A stretch of 64,000 nt of DNA from Macrostomum hystrix. Taxonomy: Eukaryota; Animalia; Platyhelminthes. The DNA lies in assembly GCA_950097015.1 (NCBI GenBank), contig CATNEN010000039.1, positions 15,500,001-15,564,000 of the forward strand, read 5' to 3'. Within the stretch, counting starts at the first letter, position 1, and each line of letters starts with the position of its first letter. The notes beneath the pieces were generated by a model, which was not told where the DNA came from, made no database searches, and worked only from the letters and a program-made list of their open reading frames with translations. Below are positions 1 through 12,202 of the stretch, one piece after another. The translations under genes and the position numbers were made by a program.

Positions 1-1630
1 TCCGTCACAGCTTTTTGCCCTGCCATTAGCGTAGTCAGTTCCTGTCCTGTTGAAGCGCACCTGAAAGTTAGGGTGAAGCAGGACTCGGACGCAGTCTCGG
101 ACATGCTGCTGCCAGTTATTGCTGCGCTGCTTCTTCAGGTAGGCAACCTGTAAATGTATTTATTAAGTTTCTTATTCAGGGACTATAAGACAAAAGGACG
201 CTACACTACTAAATAGAATAGGGCGATTTAACACAAGTGAGATGGAAATTCCGCAGCTTCAGTTTAGTTAAAAAAATCACGTCAACGTCTTAACGATGGC
301 GAGTTTTAGTTGTTAGCTCGTATTGATCCTAGCAACAGTGATAAAAAATTTCTATATGAAATATTAGCTTTTCAATTTCAGTGGAAAGTAATTCGACAAA
401 ATATAACTCATAGCACTCATATGCGAATTTTTTTAACATCAGCTTATTCACTGCATTGGATCCGACCAGCTGGCCACGATGGAAAACAGAAAATACTCAC
501 AACAGTCTTCCGAAAATCATCGTCTTTGATTTTTTGCTCGAAGTCTAGGTAATCTTCGAAGCTTTCAATTGGAAGACAGCTGATGACACCAGAGTCCTGG
601 CTACGGTCATCCGGCAAAGAGTTGAGCTTTTCTGACAGTTTGGCCAGCTGGCGAATTATGATTGCATTTTGAAATACAATACCTGAAATATAAGAATGTA
701 CATGCAACTAGAATTAAAAAATTACAGTAAGATTGCATTCCACATGACGTACATTCAATTGAATTTCTATTATTAGTATTCAGTCAACATACCCTGGACT
801 GAAAATAGGTCGACATTTTCTAATGCAAAATTGGCCGCCATTTCAGACACGATTGATTTGACGCTTGTTTGGTATTGACCTCGAACATTTCTTACTAAAC
901 TGCCGTTCGAAGACTGATACGCAGCAGAGCTTGTTAAAGTGCTGTCAACACCATTCGCACTATTTGTGGCAGTTTCCGAATTACGACTTACAGGTGTTGT
1001 AGCCGACGGATTCGCGTCAAAACGGGCGCCACTAGACCGTCTGCTGGGACCAGCACCGGAAGCAGATGAAAAGGGAGGCAGCGGGGGAGGTGGAGGCAGC
1101 TTTGGAGTCAAAGATACAGAAAATGCCAGTTGAGAAGATAAAGTATGATTCGGTCTCTCCGGTGAACGCACGCCCCGGCAATCGTTGCTTGCGTTTACTT
1201 CAGAATCTGTCTCTTCAGCTGATGTAGTATTGCCCGTCGGCATCCGCAGCAGTGACTGAGAAATATTAGAAGAATAAAAATTGTATTATGAGAAAAGGCA
1301 GGAAAAAAGCAGTCATTGACAGCAATTAAAAATCAAGACAATTGTAAACGTACGTGCATACTCGGCAAAGAAATCCGTTTGTCACTAGAAGGTCGCCGCG
1401 AGAATTGTTTTAGAAGTTGCTCGATTGTATAGTTATAGGGCGGCAGTTTAGCGTTAACACAGTGGTTCATAATTGTCTTTAGCAAATCTAGGTCTTTAGA
1501 AACGGCAATGACAATAGCGGAATACATGTCGCCATCATAGGAGACTCTAGTTTTAAGATCTTGGGTAGTTGTGCTATTTTCCGAAATAGAGTGGACAAGC
1601 GTATCAGTCAGTAGAGATTTGTCTTCTTCA
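1..1630 (-). CDS. DUF4806-like CACTA accessory protein, multi-exon, runs off window start; 5' end uncertain
   Basis: Phase-compatible GT-AG exons ~1630-1354, 1255-793, 682-501, 147-<1. Spliced product reads LPIESFEDYLDFEQKIKDDDFRKTV|VAYLKKQRSNNWQQHVRDCVRVLLHPNFQVRFNRTG, resembling DUF4806 proteins of animal EnSpm elements. Confidence 0.6.
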
Positions 1631-1952
1631 GTTATGTAGAATGTTTTGTAGCAAAAAACACAAATTAGATATGATTTTAAATTTGTAAAAGCAAAAAGCA
1701 CATAAATATAGATATAAACATATTAATATGCAAATAAATTTCTAAATACTATAGGCCCTTAAAATGTTGCAATCCTTTATGCAATTGATTATATTAGGCT
1801 TATGGGCTATAACTAGCTAATGATTCATTAAATTTTGTCTCTAAATAATTACAATTATGTATCTAAATTTTATTTACTTATAAAATGGAGTACTTATTGA
1901 CATGGCCACTGTGCAGGCTCTCATTGTCACAGCTGCCGTGTCTCCAGTGTGG

Positions 1953-2317
1953 CCATAGTCAAGAAGGTGGCACAATGTGCACTGACAAATTTTTTGTCTC
2001 TCCCAAAATTGAGTGCCATGCATTGACACAAAACCCTATGTGCGCTTACTTGGAACAAAAGTTTGAAGGACCAAAGAAAAAGTCCCGTGGACCTTTTCTT
2101 TTCTATCTCCTCAAAATATTCACAAATATTCCAAATTTTTACCTTTGCCCTACTTACATTGCCAAGTTTTACCAATTATATTACCAATTTTACACCACAT
2201 TGTGCACCAATATGCGCCAAGACCCTTTGTGTGCACTGCACTTATGCGCTATTGTGTGCAAAAAATGCATCTATGCTCCAGAATTTTCTAACCAAATTTC
2301 CACCTTTCTGACTATGG
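1953..2317. mobile_element. MITE (365 bp), CCATAGTC termini, 8-bp TSD; superfamily unassigned
   Basis: TIR ccatagtcaagaaggtgg / ccacctttctgactatgg; TSD cagtgtgg at 1945-1952 and 2318-2325. Confidence 0.9.
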
Positions 2318-3299
2318 CAGTGTGGGAGCTTTCTATTTTAGGGACACAGCTACTGTGTTTATAAGCTTCAATATTATAGACATGGTGGCTATGTCTTTAA
2401 GATGATGCTACACAATAATAGAGACATGGCTGCCATACCTATAAGCTTTCACATTATAGACACGGCTGCCATGTCTCTAAGTGTGGCGTTTATAAAAAGC
2501 CCATGAAATGGGACTTTATAATATAGAGTATTAATAAACCCGAGCAACATTTTTACGTATGGTTACGTCCATGATACGTATCCAGGAGGAAATTCATTTG
2601 GTTTCACGTCCGTTTTCCCGTTCGTCTCCCCAACGTTCCCATGACGAAATTTTGTTACGTATTGTGAATGTCTTTGCACGACATGCAGGAATCCATGCGT
2701 GCAGTGCAGCGCGCCATCCTAATTCCACGAACAGCCTAATTTTAAGGTGTCGCACAACTAAATCCCGTACCAATTCAATACAAATACACGTACGCCTTTA
2801 AATGCACTTAAAGAACAAATTAAAATAAGGCAAAATATCTGATCATCAACCCCATCCCAAAAAAGCACGCTACTTTTATTTATACGAATAGCCATGCCTA
2901 TTTGCTACCGCTTCCGCCAATACCAATAAATATGAATCTAAAGTAAAAATTCCATTTCAGCGAAGAAGTGTTATAAAATTTAAGGAGCTTTATAAATTGA
3001 ATGTACGCAACAATGTTTATTGATTTAGTGTTTCCAGCTCGCTCGGGAGCTACGCAGCTCCCAAATTCAGATCAGAAGCAATTAATTAATTCATTCATTC
3101 ATTCACACATGCTACAACACTACGAGCTTTATATTTTTCCATAGCAAAATTGGGTAAAATTCAGATTAAACGATTTCAATGAGCAATGAGCAATTTACGA
3201 AAACTAAAAGGGGACATGATCGGAAAAGATAGAATATTCTTGGAGAGCATATGTTCTTGCGGCCACCAGCTACCCGCTACCAGGACGAATGATAATTCC

Positions 3300-3393
3300 A
3301 GGTTTCCACTCCCACATTGGTCTTTTTCCAGTTTTTTCTACTGTTTTGGGGGTTTCCAGGTTTTTCCAGATTTTCCAGGTTGCGGACACCCTG
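3300..3393 (-). mobile_element. Single hAT-like terminus fragment
   Basis: Reverse strand begins CAGGGTGTCCGCAACCTGGAAAA with subterminal CTGGAAA repeats; partner end not found. Confidence 0.45.
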
Positions 3394-3489
3394 TACGGTG
3401 GTAGATATAAATACTTCTTTGGTACAAAAGTCTCACAAGCGACTGATCCCGAGTGTACATATCTCATCTAATCAGTCATTCACTGTTAC

Positions 3490-5655
3490 TTATTGTCCGG
3501 CCTCCTTACTGCCGTCGTCATTACCCTCGTCGCCATCATCGTCCGGCTCCACGCTGCCGCGGTCTTCTTCCTCGTCGCCATCATCGTCCGGCTCCATGCT
3601 GCCGCGGTCTTCTTCCTCGTCGCCATCATAGTCCGACTCCACGCTGCCGCGGTCTTCTTCCTCGTCGCGATCATCGCCCGGCTCCATGCTCCCGCCGTCT
3701 TCCTCATCCATCTTCTCTTCATCGTTGGTATCGTCGCCCCGCTCATCATCTTCTCTCGTCTCGTTGTCACGATCGTCATCTATTGTCTCTCCTAGACGCT
3801 CCGCCCTCTTTGTCATCCGCTTCAATATTCCTCCGATAAATGCAGACGGAGTAGTAGTTCCTAATTGACGCTTAAAATGCTTTCTCTCAGTGATAATCTC
3901 TGCAAATTAATGTTATAATTGTATCAATATTTTTAGTGCATAATATCTTCAAAGTTGCCTCAACACTACAGAAACTCACTTGATAGGCACTCCACAATTG
4001 GTTGGGCAATCTAGCCTTGCCTCGACGGCCCTGAATGTTGAAATGTTTTAGAACGCCTGGCCTTGCTGTGAACTCCAGCATTGAAACTACTGCGTCAGTC
4101 AGCTTCGGTATATCAGACTTAGCAATGCAGTATTGAATCTAAAACAAAAAAATAGTATAATTATATATTTATTACATTTTTCCGATCTTGATCTGGTAAT
4201 ATAAATGGCCTAATTAAGTACATAAAGAAATCGGCGGCAGCGTAATTAGCTGCTTACAATCAACTTACGTATTCGGCACGGACGTCTTCTTTTTCATCTA
4301 GCAACTGTGAGAAAGCCTCGAAAGCTCTGCGCGTTCGGACGGGCAACATGGTTAGAGAATCTGGGATGTCGATTTGCTGTCTTCCACTTGCAACTAGAGT
4401 CTTGAGCTCGAGTATATGCTCAAGTAGGAGGCCTATCCATTCTGTAATATAATAGTCAGTGAAATTGTAAATAATCAAAATGCAATACAAGGTCAGTGGT
4501 GACACAAATGCTGAACGACTTACTTTCAAGATGCTTGCAATGACACGGAGCTGTTGAAGTAGATGCCGCTGGCTCCAGACGAGCAGATAGGGCAGCTAGT
4601 GAATGAGCAGTAGAAGCAGCACCAGCCAGTGGACGAGCTGAAGCAGAGCTAGCTTGCGGACGAGCTGAAGCAGAGCTAGCTTGCGGACGAGCTGAAGCAG
4701 AGCTAGCTTGCGGACGAGCAGAAGCAGAGCTAGCTTGCGGACGAGCTGAAGCAGAGCTAGCTTGCGGACGAGCAGAAGCAGAGCTAGCTTGCGGACGAGC
4801 TGAAGCAGAGCTAGCTTGCGGACGAGCTGAAGCAGAGCTAGCTTGCGGACGAGCAGGAGAAGCAGCACCAGCTTGCGGACGAGCAGGAGAAGCAGCACCA
4901 GCTTGCGGACGAGCAGGAGAAGCAGCACCAGCTTGCGGACGAGCAGGAGAAGCAGCACCAGCTTGCGGACGAGCAGGAGAAGCAGCACCAGCTTGCGGAC
5001 GAGCAGGAGAAGCAGCACCAGCTTGCGGACGAGCAAAAGCAGAGCTAGCTTGCGGACGAGCAGGAGAAGCAGCACCAGCTTGTTGAAAGGCAGAATTAGT
5101 AGCACAGGCTTGCGGGAGGTCAGAAGCACCAACAGTCTGCTCCTTATGTGAGGACGATGCAGCAGCTGATTTAAGTGAGCAACCAGTAGGTGGAGACGGA
5201 CAAACAAAGGTTGGACACTTTTTTGCTTGCTTAGGTGTAGTGCTAGTAGTGTTGGAGTCAATAAAATATTCAACAGATCGTCGCTTTCGCTTAGAACTTG
5301 TGTCTGTGTCCGAAAACGTCCCAGAGTCTTTGGAGCGTCGCAGACGGTAAAGCAGGTACTCTAAGTCGTCTAAATTAAGTATTGGACACATTAGATAGTT
5401 TAAAAAACATAAAATGTAACAAAAATACAATATTTTAAACATTAACATACCGTTTTCCAAGTGGATTTTTAAGACATTAAATGAGGGCCAGTCCTTGCCT
5501 ACTTCGGCACTTTTTTTCACAAGACGTAAGAAAGATGCATTTAGAGCATCATGAAAATTGTTAGGTAGAAAAGCAGTTTGCTTATCATTAGCTAACCAGG
5601 TGAGTGGCAACACAACTGAGCCATCATCAAACTCAGCAAGAGCAAATCGCTTCAT
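3490..5655 (-). CDS. DUF4806-like CACTA accessory protein (5 exons) with A/S/P/R/Q repeat linker and acidic tail
   Basis: Exons 5655-5451, 5369-4524, 4441-4269, 4138-3980 join in phase. N-terminus MKRFALAEFDDGSVVLPLTWL and LPVRTRRAFEAFSQLL...FNIQGRRGK motifs are typical. Last acceptor (~3899/3897) is ambiguous, so the acidic tail to 3490 is less certain. Confidence 0.7.
3520..3700. repeat. 48-bp tandem repeat (~4 copies), probably coding (EPDDDGDEEEDRGSV/M)
   Basis: Repeated ctcgtcgccatcatcgtccggctccacgctgccgcggtcttcttc. Confidence 0.85.
4630..5080. repeat. Coding minisatellite, 27-bp and 30-bp units (ASSASARPQ / AGAASPARPQ)
   Basis: Near-perfect in-frame tandem units within exon 2 of the DUF4806-like gene. 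Confidence 0.95.
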
Positions 5656-5738
5656 TGTACTGAAATAAAATACTAAGGGCCTGGGCAAGCAAGATAATAA
5701 TTTAAAGATCTAACTTGTACATCAAGGAATGCTTACAC

Positions 5739-7859
5739 CTAAAATAGACCTTCAGTATGCCTTAGTGGGCAGGTCATCCATTCATTGAATGTTTCATGCA
5801 GTGGAATGGCCATTACTTTGGCATATACATTAGACAAGTTAACCTTGGTTAGTTTTTTTGACAGATTTCGCACTCCAAGTATTCCTAAGTCAGAGGAGCT
5901 AAGCACACAGTTGTAAAAAGAGCGCTTTTCTGTAAACCGTTGAGCAACCAACCAGATACCATGAGCATCTTTAATAATGTTGCATACTTTGAGAACATTT
6001 CCATTTTGAGTGCTAATATAGCTATCACGGCGCCCTAGTCTGATGCAAGTGAAGCCAAAGTTCAAACACTTAAATTGGCACACATCACTGACATTTGTAT
6101 CTATAGGAAGCACATTGCTGCTATGCTCCTTAGAGAGTTCAGGTTTTGAAGAGGTTGGCTTGCACTGACCTAAACATTGACCTTGTTCAAATACTCTGGC
6201 AACTGCTTGCTGAAGTGGCAAATTTGGCGTTCGCACTAGCCGCTTCACAAAGCACATGAAATTTTCAAACTGGAAGCAGCTGACTTCATCTATATTATTG
6301 TGGGCAAGAACATCCTCAACCAAGTGTAACAATGAATGAACATTGTACACAGCAAATTGACAACCAAACAATTGGATGCCTCCTGTTATGAAGCTGCGAC
6401 AAAGCTGACGCAAGTAGGCTATATATTCACCACTAAGATCCTTAATGTTAAGCAAAGTTACAATTACATGAAATGACAACAATAGGCTTTGAAATTCTAG
6501 ATTTTCTACTGTTGAGCTAAAAATGAAAGGGGCCAAGTACAAAAAAAACTGGCGGACAACAGTAGCTTTCCACATTCCTAAGTGCTGTAGAAGAGATGGC
6601 TTACGAGAAAAGTCACTAGGGATATAAAGCCGAATGTGTAATAACAACCTGTCTATCTGACTAATAATTCCTTGGGATACTTTAAATGGCTTGGGTCCTT
6701 CTTTCAGAAGCTTTAAAAGCATAGGGCCAATGCCACGATAAAGTAAATGCATAGGATCACAAGGAAAGCCATTGACCATATCTATAGCTAGATCCTCAAA
6801 AGGTGAGGCTGCATGGTGGTGCTCTGGTTGCAACTTCAAACGAAATGAACTATCAGTTCGAATAGCAGCATCAAGTTCAAGAAAAACTACTGCCCTTCCC
6901 TTGTTCAGGGTCTGAACATATTCAGTGGTACCGTTTTGTTCACAATGGTCACAGCCAAAGAATGCACTATGTGCCTTTACACATTTAACAAATCTACGAG
7001 CTGGAGTGTCACATATGACATAGTCTAGAATAACCTTGCGTTTTTTCCCAAGAAAACATTTGACAGAAGCAAGGACTTGCAACTCAGCAATAAGTGGTCG
7101 AAGAAATTCTTCAGCACTCTGGGGCTTTTTCTCTCCATAATATAGACCAACAAGAAATGTAGATGAAGGAATATTAGATAATGCAGCAACAATAGGCCAA
7201 AAACCACTGACAGAACTATTAAAAATTGGCAATCCATCGACACAAAGTATTATGTGTATTTCATCCAAATTAAAAATAGTATTATCTTGTTCTTTTAACT
7301 TAAAAACTTCACTAATACCATTTTCAACACCAAAATGTTGATATTTTCCTGGTTGGACATCAACTAGATTTGATTTGCCTTTACACTGAAGCAAAGTTCG
7401 AGGATCTGTTGGCAGCATAGGGTGATATGGTTTTAAAACTTTCAGCATATCTTTGATTGCAGCATGAGTAACATTGTGGTCAATAAAAACGCTTCGAAGT
7501 CTATTAGCTAAATCAAGGTCTTGTTCAAAACTGTCATCATCAGCACTTGAGTCTTTTTCTGAATCTGAATCATCTTCACAATCAATATTAGATGCTAGGC
7601 CTACTGAATCATTGTCACTCTCTTCAAGATTTCTAACTGTTTGCTCCCAGTTTATAGGCCCATTGTCACTCTGATCTTGCTCTCTAGGTTGTAAATTTGA
7701 TTCTTGATCATCATGGCTAGGCCTAGATTCAACTTCTTGATTGTGGTATTCAGCCATGATGATGTCTTGCTGATCAATTGTGTCATCTTCACTGCTACTA
7801 GAATTTGTGACAACACATATTTTCATCAAACTTTTGGATTGCTGTTTGAATGACTGCAT
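5739..7859 (-). CDS. CACTA/EnSpm transposase, 706 aa, uninterrupted ORF
   Basis: Motifs LPTDPRTLL, VDGLPIF..FWPI, CDTPAR...H.AFFGCDHC, DPMH, WKAT, YNVHSLLHL, SCFQFEN. Confidence 0.92.
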   Translation of the reverse strand: MQSFKQQSKSLMKICVVTNSSSSEDDTIDQQDIIMAEYHNQEVESRPSHDDQESNLQPREQDQSDNGPINWEQTVRNLEESDNDSVGLASNIDCEDDSDSEKDSSADDDSFEQDLDLANRLRSVFIDHNVTHAAIKDMLKVLKPYHPMLPTDPRTLLQCKGKSNLVDVQPGKYQHFGVENGISEVFKLKEQDNTIFNLDEIHIILCVDGLPIFNSSVSGFWPIVAALSNIPSSTFLVGLYYGEKKPQSAEEFLRPLIAELQVLASVKCFLGKKRKVILDYVICDTPARRFVKCVKAHSAFFGCDHCEQNGTTEYVQTLNKGRAVVFLELDAAIRTDSSFRLKLQPEHHHAASPFEDLAIDMVNGFPCDPMHLLYRGIGPMLLKLLKEGPKPFKVSQGIISQIDRLLLHIRLYIPSDFSRKPSLLQHLGMWKATVVRQFFLYLAPFIFSSTVENLEFQSLLLSFHVIVTLLNIKDLSGEYIAYLRQLCRSFITGGIQLFGCQFAVYNVHSLLHLVEDVLAHNNIDEVSCFQFENFMCFVKRLVRTPNLPLQQAVARVFEQGQCLGQCKPTSSKPELSKEHSSNVLPIDTNVSDVCQFKCLNFGFTCIRLGRRDSYISTQNGNVLKVCNIIKDAHGIWLVAQRFTEKRSFYNCVLSSSDLGILGVRNLSKKLTKVNLSNVYAKVMAIPLHETFNEWMTCPLRHTEGLF

Positions 7860-8727
7860 TGTTCAGTGACTAGGTTTTCTATAAGTATAAGCCTTGAAGA
7901 GACAAATTAAAGATGTTTATGAAAATTAGAAAATTAGCTCTCAATAAAAGTCACTTTAAATTTATACTGTATTGCAAACTGTGAAATCAGTTATTATTAT
8001 ACCTAGCTAGTTACAATTATCAGTGTTATCACTAACACTAACTACCCAATTGATAAATTACATTATAAAAAATTGACATTGTAGGCCTATTGTATGGAGA
8101 AATACTAAAATGTAGTCATGGCATGTAAACTAGTAAAGAAAAACAGATTTAACATAAAGAATAGTGCTTCGGATTTTACTAGCTTATGTAACTATTATTT
8201 GCTATTACAATTTGAATTACACCACCAAGTGTTGCTGAGAATAAGTAATAATTCTAATTATTAGAATTAATTATTTCTAATTCAGATGGTAAAGGTGTAA
8301 CGGAAAGCGGAAAATTTTGAGACAGCGAGACACGCACGAAAAGTGGTTTAAATTTTTTCAACACAAACAAATCTGAATTTGTAATTCAAAAATCTATACA
8401 CAATATTATTACTTACATTTCCAAAACCATTTTATTTATTTCTTTAATTATTTTTCTTGCAATATCCCATAAATTAAATTTTCTTTCGTCTTGGTTTTTG
8501 TACGCGTTCTCTTATACGAATCTGTTTCGTATTCTATGGAACCTATTTTTTCTAGGTCCCAAAAAGCTAACTAAGACATGCTGAAATTCTCGTTTAGCAT
8601 ATACTTCCTATAAAGCACAGTATTATCGATCACTAGTAAAGTAAAAAGGGAACTAAAATGCATGTTGAAAATTGGTGATGTAGTTACGTACGGGAGACCC
8701 ATGGGCAACGTAAAAATGTTGCTCGGG

Positions 8728-10021
8728 AGACATGGTGTCAATTTGGGCTTGAGCAAGACGGCAAGCAAGGTGCCTTCCTTTTTCGGGTAGAAAAAAACAG
8801 AAAACAAATTTTCCACATAACACCAAGCAGCACAAGATGCATATATTCTGGTGGGAAACTAGATCGCAGAGGCACAATTGAAACTAGAGGAGAGAGGCCA
8901 TTCTGATTGTTTTCTAAGTTTTTTGCATAGGAAGCGTCCGACCGAATTGGGCTGCCGGTTCCAACAAAAGCAACGCGATTAGAGTGATATTCTCCTTTTT
9001 GTTGGCAGTAGCCACACCCATAGTAACCCGTGTGGGACTTAATGCACTGAAGGAACGCACGGGCAGAAGCATCACAAACAAACACTATTTTAGCTAGACA
9101 AAAGCTGCAATTCTGTAGAATGAACATTTCATGTCTTTGAAGATCTGAGATCATATCCAGCAGGGGCACGATCAATTTTTGAAGGTCCGGTTTTCCGAGT
9201 CCAGCATACAATCCTAATGGGAAAGGTCCCTCATTGTTAATGAGCACTAGTATAGGCCAGAGACCATAGTTGGAGCCAGAAAAAAGTGGCAGACCGTCTA
9301 CGTTAATTAAAAGAGTTAGAGGAATTATATGCCTAGCAAGGTTGTAGGACTTGAATGCTCTCTTTCTTAAAAGCAGACTGATGGTCTCCGTGAGAGAAAA
9401 ATGGGCGTACTTGGAGTGGCTTACTTCGACGCTGTGGGCGACTCCATCAGGTTCCTCATGCATTGTTCGAAGTAGGTGGACGCTCGGAGGACAGTCAATT
9501 CCATGCTTGCGAAGAATGGACAACAGCAGTTGCATTTTATTGCGCGACAAATTGCAAGCTAAGTAGAAAAAGTACAAGTCCATTGCCAAATTAGGACTCG
9601 TCTCCTGACTTGCGGGTGGAGATAAATCTTCAATAAACTCTAGCACATTGGCACTTGCATCTTCAAAGATTACTTCGCCTTCGTCGCTGCTTGGCTCCGC
9701 ATCTTCGGGTAAAGCTGAGGGCTGCGAGGCACATGTTCCTTCGATTGACGGGCAGCTCGAAGGGCAGCCCAGCTCTGAGAAACCAGGAACTGAGGTCAGG
9801 GACAGGACTGAGGCGCCGCCGTCGCACAAATCAGAGGCACCGGAGTCGTCGATTAGGGAGTTGGCCTCTGCCAGTTCAGAGACACCTGGTCTGTCAGTGC
9901 TGTCACTAAGCCCCACCTCTGGGGCAGAAGACACGTCAGGGTCAGACGATTGCTCCAATACAAAATCGATTTCGGAAGCTGTTTTTCTTTTCGCAGCACG
10001 ACGCAGTTGGCGGAAGCTCAT
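8728..10021 (-). pseudogene. Truncated CACTA transposase (element 2)
   Basis: NVDGLPLF..LWPI, CDASAR..HTGYYGCGYC, EYMHLVLLGV; probable frameshift near 8780, then cut by the element-1 TIR at 8727. Confidence 0.85.
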
Positions 10022-10896
10022 TGTACTGAAGGCTGAAACTATGTCATGTGTATTCGGTTATAGACAGAATAAATGAAGCTACTGGATACAAAGTCAAAAC
10101 CCAACTAGAATTCGATTTTTTGCTGACCTATCAGTCTGCACAATGTCAGAGAAGGGAATTCGGCTCAAAAATTAGCATGATAACTAATAAAACACACTTA
10201 GACAAAATGAAACTCATTTAAGCTCCAGATATAAGTCATAATTCATACTCGATAATTGACACATTTCATAGAAGGCTTCCTTAGGTTAAGACTAAACTAA
10301 GATTAACTAAGATTAAACTAAGAACCCAAAGGCCAAGACTTGCTGCGCAAGTGTCTTATACCTAGTCTAGTATAAGTATAGTCTTGATGCCCAGTTGTTG
10401 TATTACAATATAAATAATGCCAGATCAATATCTCACAATACCTAGCCATATAGTCCATATAGAGTTTTGCAAGATAAGGGTCTTTGTATAATACTATAAT
10501 TACTAGTCCTAAAAGGAACTAATAGTGCTTTGTATTAGCAACCAAACCAATAGATATTGGGGCACTGGTTAAGCTTCTATCATTTAATTATTTTTTTTTC
10601 AAAGCTATACCAAAAATTGTTTTCTTATTATGTAATATATTTCATCATTTTAACTATATCTTCATATATTTTCTATTTAGATTAGGCTGCTCTTAGTCTT
10701 AGATTTAGATATAAAGTTCTAATTATATCATCAATCATTATCATAAAAGGTATTTCTATTTGAATAGAAGACTTCTTCAAAGTTAAAACATATAATTTTA
10801 GGCTTTAGACATTGGTGCAAATTTAAATTCAAAATAATTAAGCAAAGATAAAGAATCTTAGTCATTGCCATTGGCCTATTCATTGCCAATATAGCC

Positions 10897-11130
10897 ACAT
10901 AGTCAAGAAAGTGTCTATTTGCCTAGAAAATTCTGTGACACAACAGTGTCTGCTTTATGAGCCACTGGCACATATGGTGCACAAAATGGTTTGAAGCATA
11001 GACTAGTAGCATACTCAATACAGAGGTTTTGTAATATAGACCAATATAGTGCATATGGCATAGAGAATGGTTTGAAATATGTTCCAATAGACCAATAATG
11101 GGATATATATGGTGCATAAAAAATGTTGGC
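10897..11130. mobile_element. Degenerate one-ended copy of the CCATAGTC MITE family
   Basis: acatagtcaagaaagtgtctatttgcctagaaaattctg resembles the reverse complement of the 2317 end (ccatagtcagaaaggtggaaatttggttagaaaattctg); extent approximate. Confidence 0.45.
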
Positions 11131-12024
11131 AGGATTTGAGGTTCTGATTTTCAGTATAAAAGAAAGTGATAATAAATGATTTAAATTAAATAAAACAATA
11201 AGGAGATATAAAAATAATCATTTTATTAATATTTATATTTTAAAGTCCTAATAATAATAAAAATTTTGCTTTTATATAAGTTATATAATGAGAGCACATA
11301 GTTTTTCATTTTGCTTTGTTCAAATTCACTTTAAAGATGAATTTGTTTTCCATGTTTCTCAGAAACTGTTTTATTGGCAAACGCAACAAATTTTTTCTTG
11401 GAGCATGCTTTTTGGCATATATGGCACAATTTTATTTTTTCTCTTTGGTGCATGGTGCACAACTATTTTTTATCATGAAAAATGTTCCAGTTATGACGAA
11501 GTTTCGGTCCCAATGTATAGGCGTAGCGGTTCGGTCTATTTGAATAGCAGTAAGGTAAATTGTTATTCGGCAGTAAATTGGGTCTTCAAATAACGAGATC
11601 GCTTAACGGTGAATGCTGGCTATATGACTTAGAGATATGTTAGATGAATCAAGATTCACTTGAAAGCAGTTACGGCTACAGTTGAAATTAGCCAGACTTA
11701 AATAATAGCCAGCACTCAGTCGTAGAACCAGAACCAGGCACGGGGGAGCCTTCCTGGAAAGGCCTAATTAGCACATTTGAATACGAACTACGACTATGTA
11801 GTACACTAAAACAAAACCATTATAAATATATATGGAAAACCGAAGAAATATCCCTAACAAATATAGCTAACGAAAATAATGCACTTAATTAGAAATAGCA
11901 TATTAAAATTACATTAAATTAGAGAGACAACGTCACACAGTATATACTTGGACACCTTCCTAACTATGATATTGCCATAGGGCCTAGCCTATATTATAGC
12001 ATTTATATTCAGGACAAAATTTGA

Positions 12025-12163
12025 GTAAATTTAACTTTTAACTTTTATTAACGAAGTTAAATTTATTTTTTTTAAGTTAACTAAAGTTAAAGTTAAAGTT
12101 AAAGTTTTTTGTTAACGCTTATTAACTTAACGAAGTTAAAAAATCTAACAATGCCCAACACTG
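12025..12163 (-). mobile_element. hAT-like MITE end with AAGTTA subterminal repeats
   Basis: Reverse strand starts CAGTGTTGGGC; many aagtta(a) motifs; other end not seen. Confidence 0.45.
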
Positions 12164-12202
12164 CATAAATATAGTCTTTACTCTTTACTAAATTCAGAAA
12201 AA

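Larger units (their letters stand above)
2539..8727 (-). mobile_element. CACTA/EnSpm DNA transposon (element 1), apparently full length, two genes
   Basis: Perfect 20-bp TIR CCCGAGCAACATTTTTACGT at 2539-2558 and 8708-8727; encloses transposase and DUF4806-like gene; flanks aa/ag give no matching TSD. Confidence 0.85.

Noticed and set aside
1885-2364. 159-aa ORF
   Set aside because: Spans a MITE and its flank; no recognisable domain.
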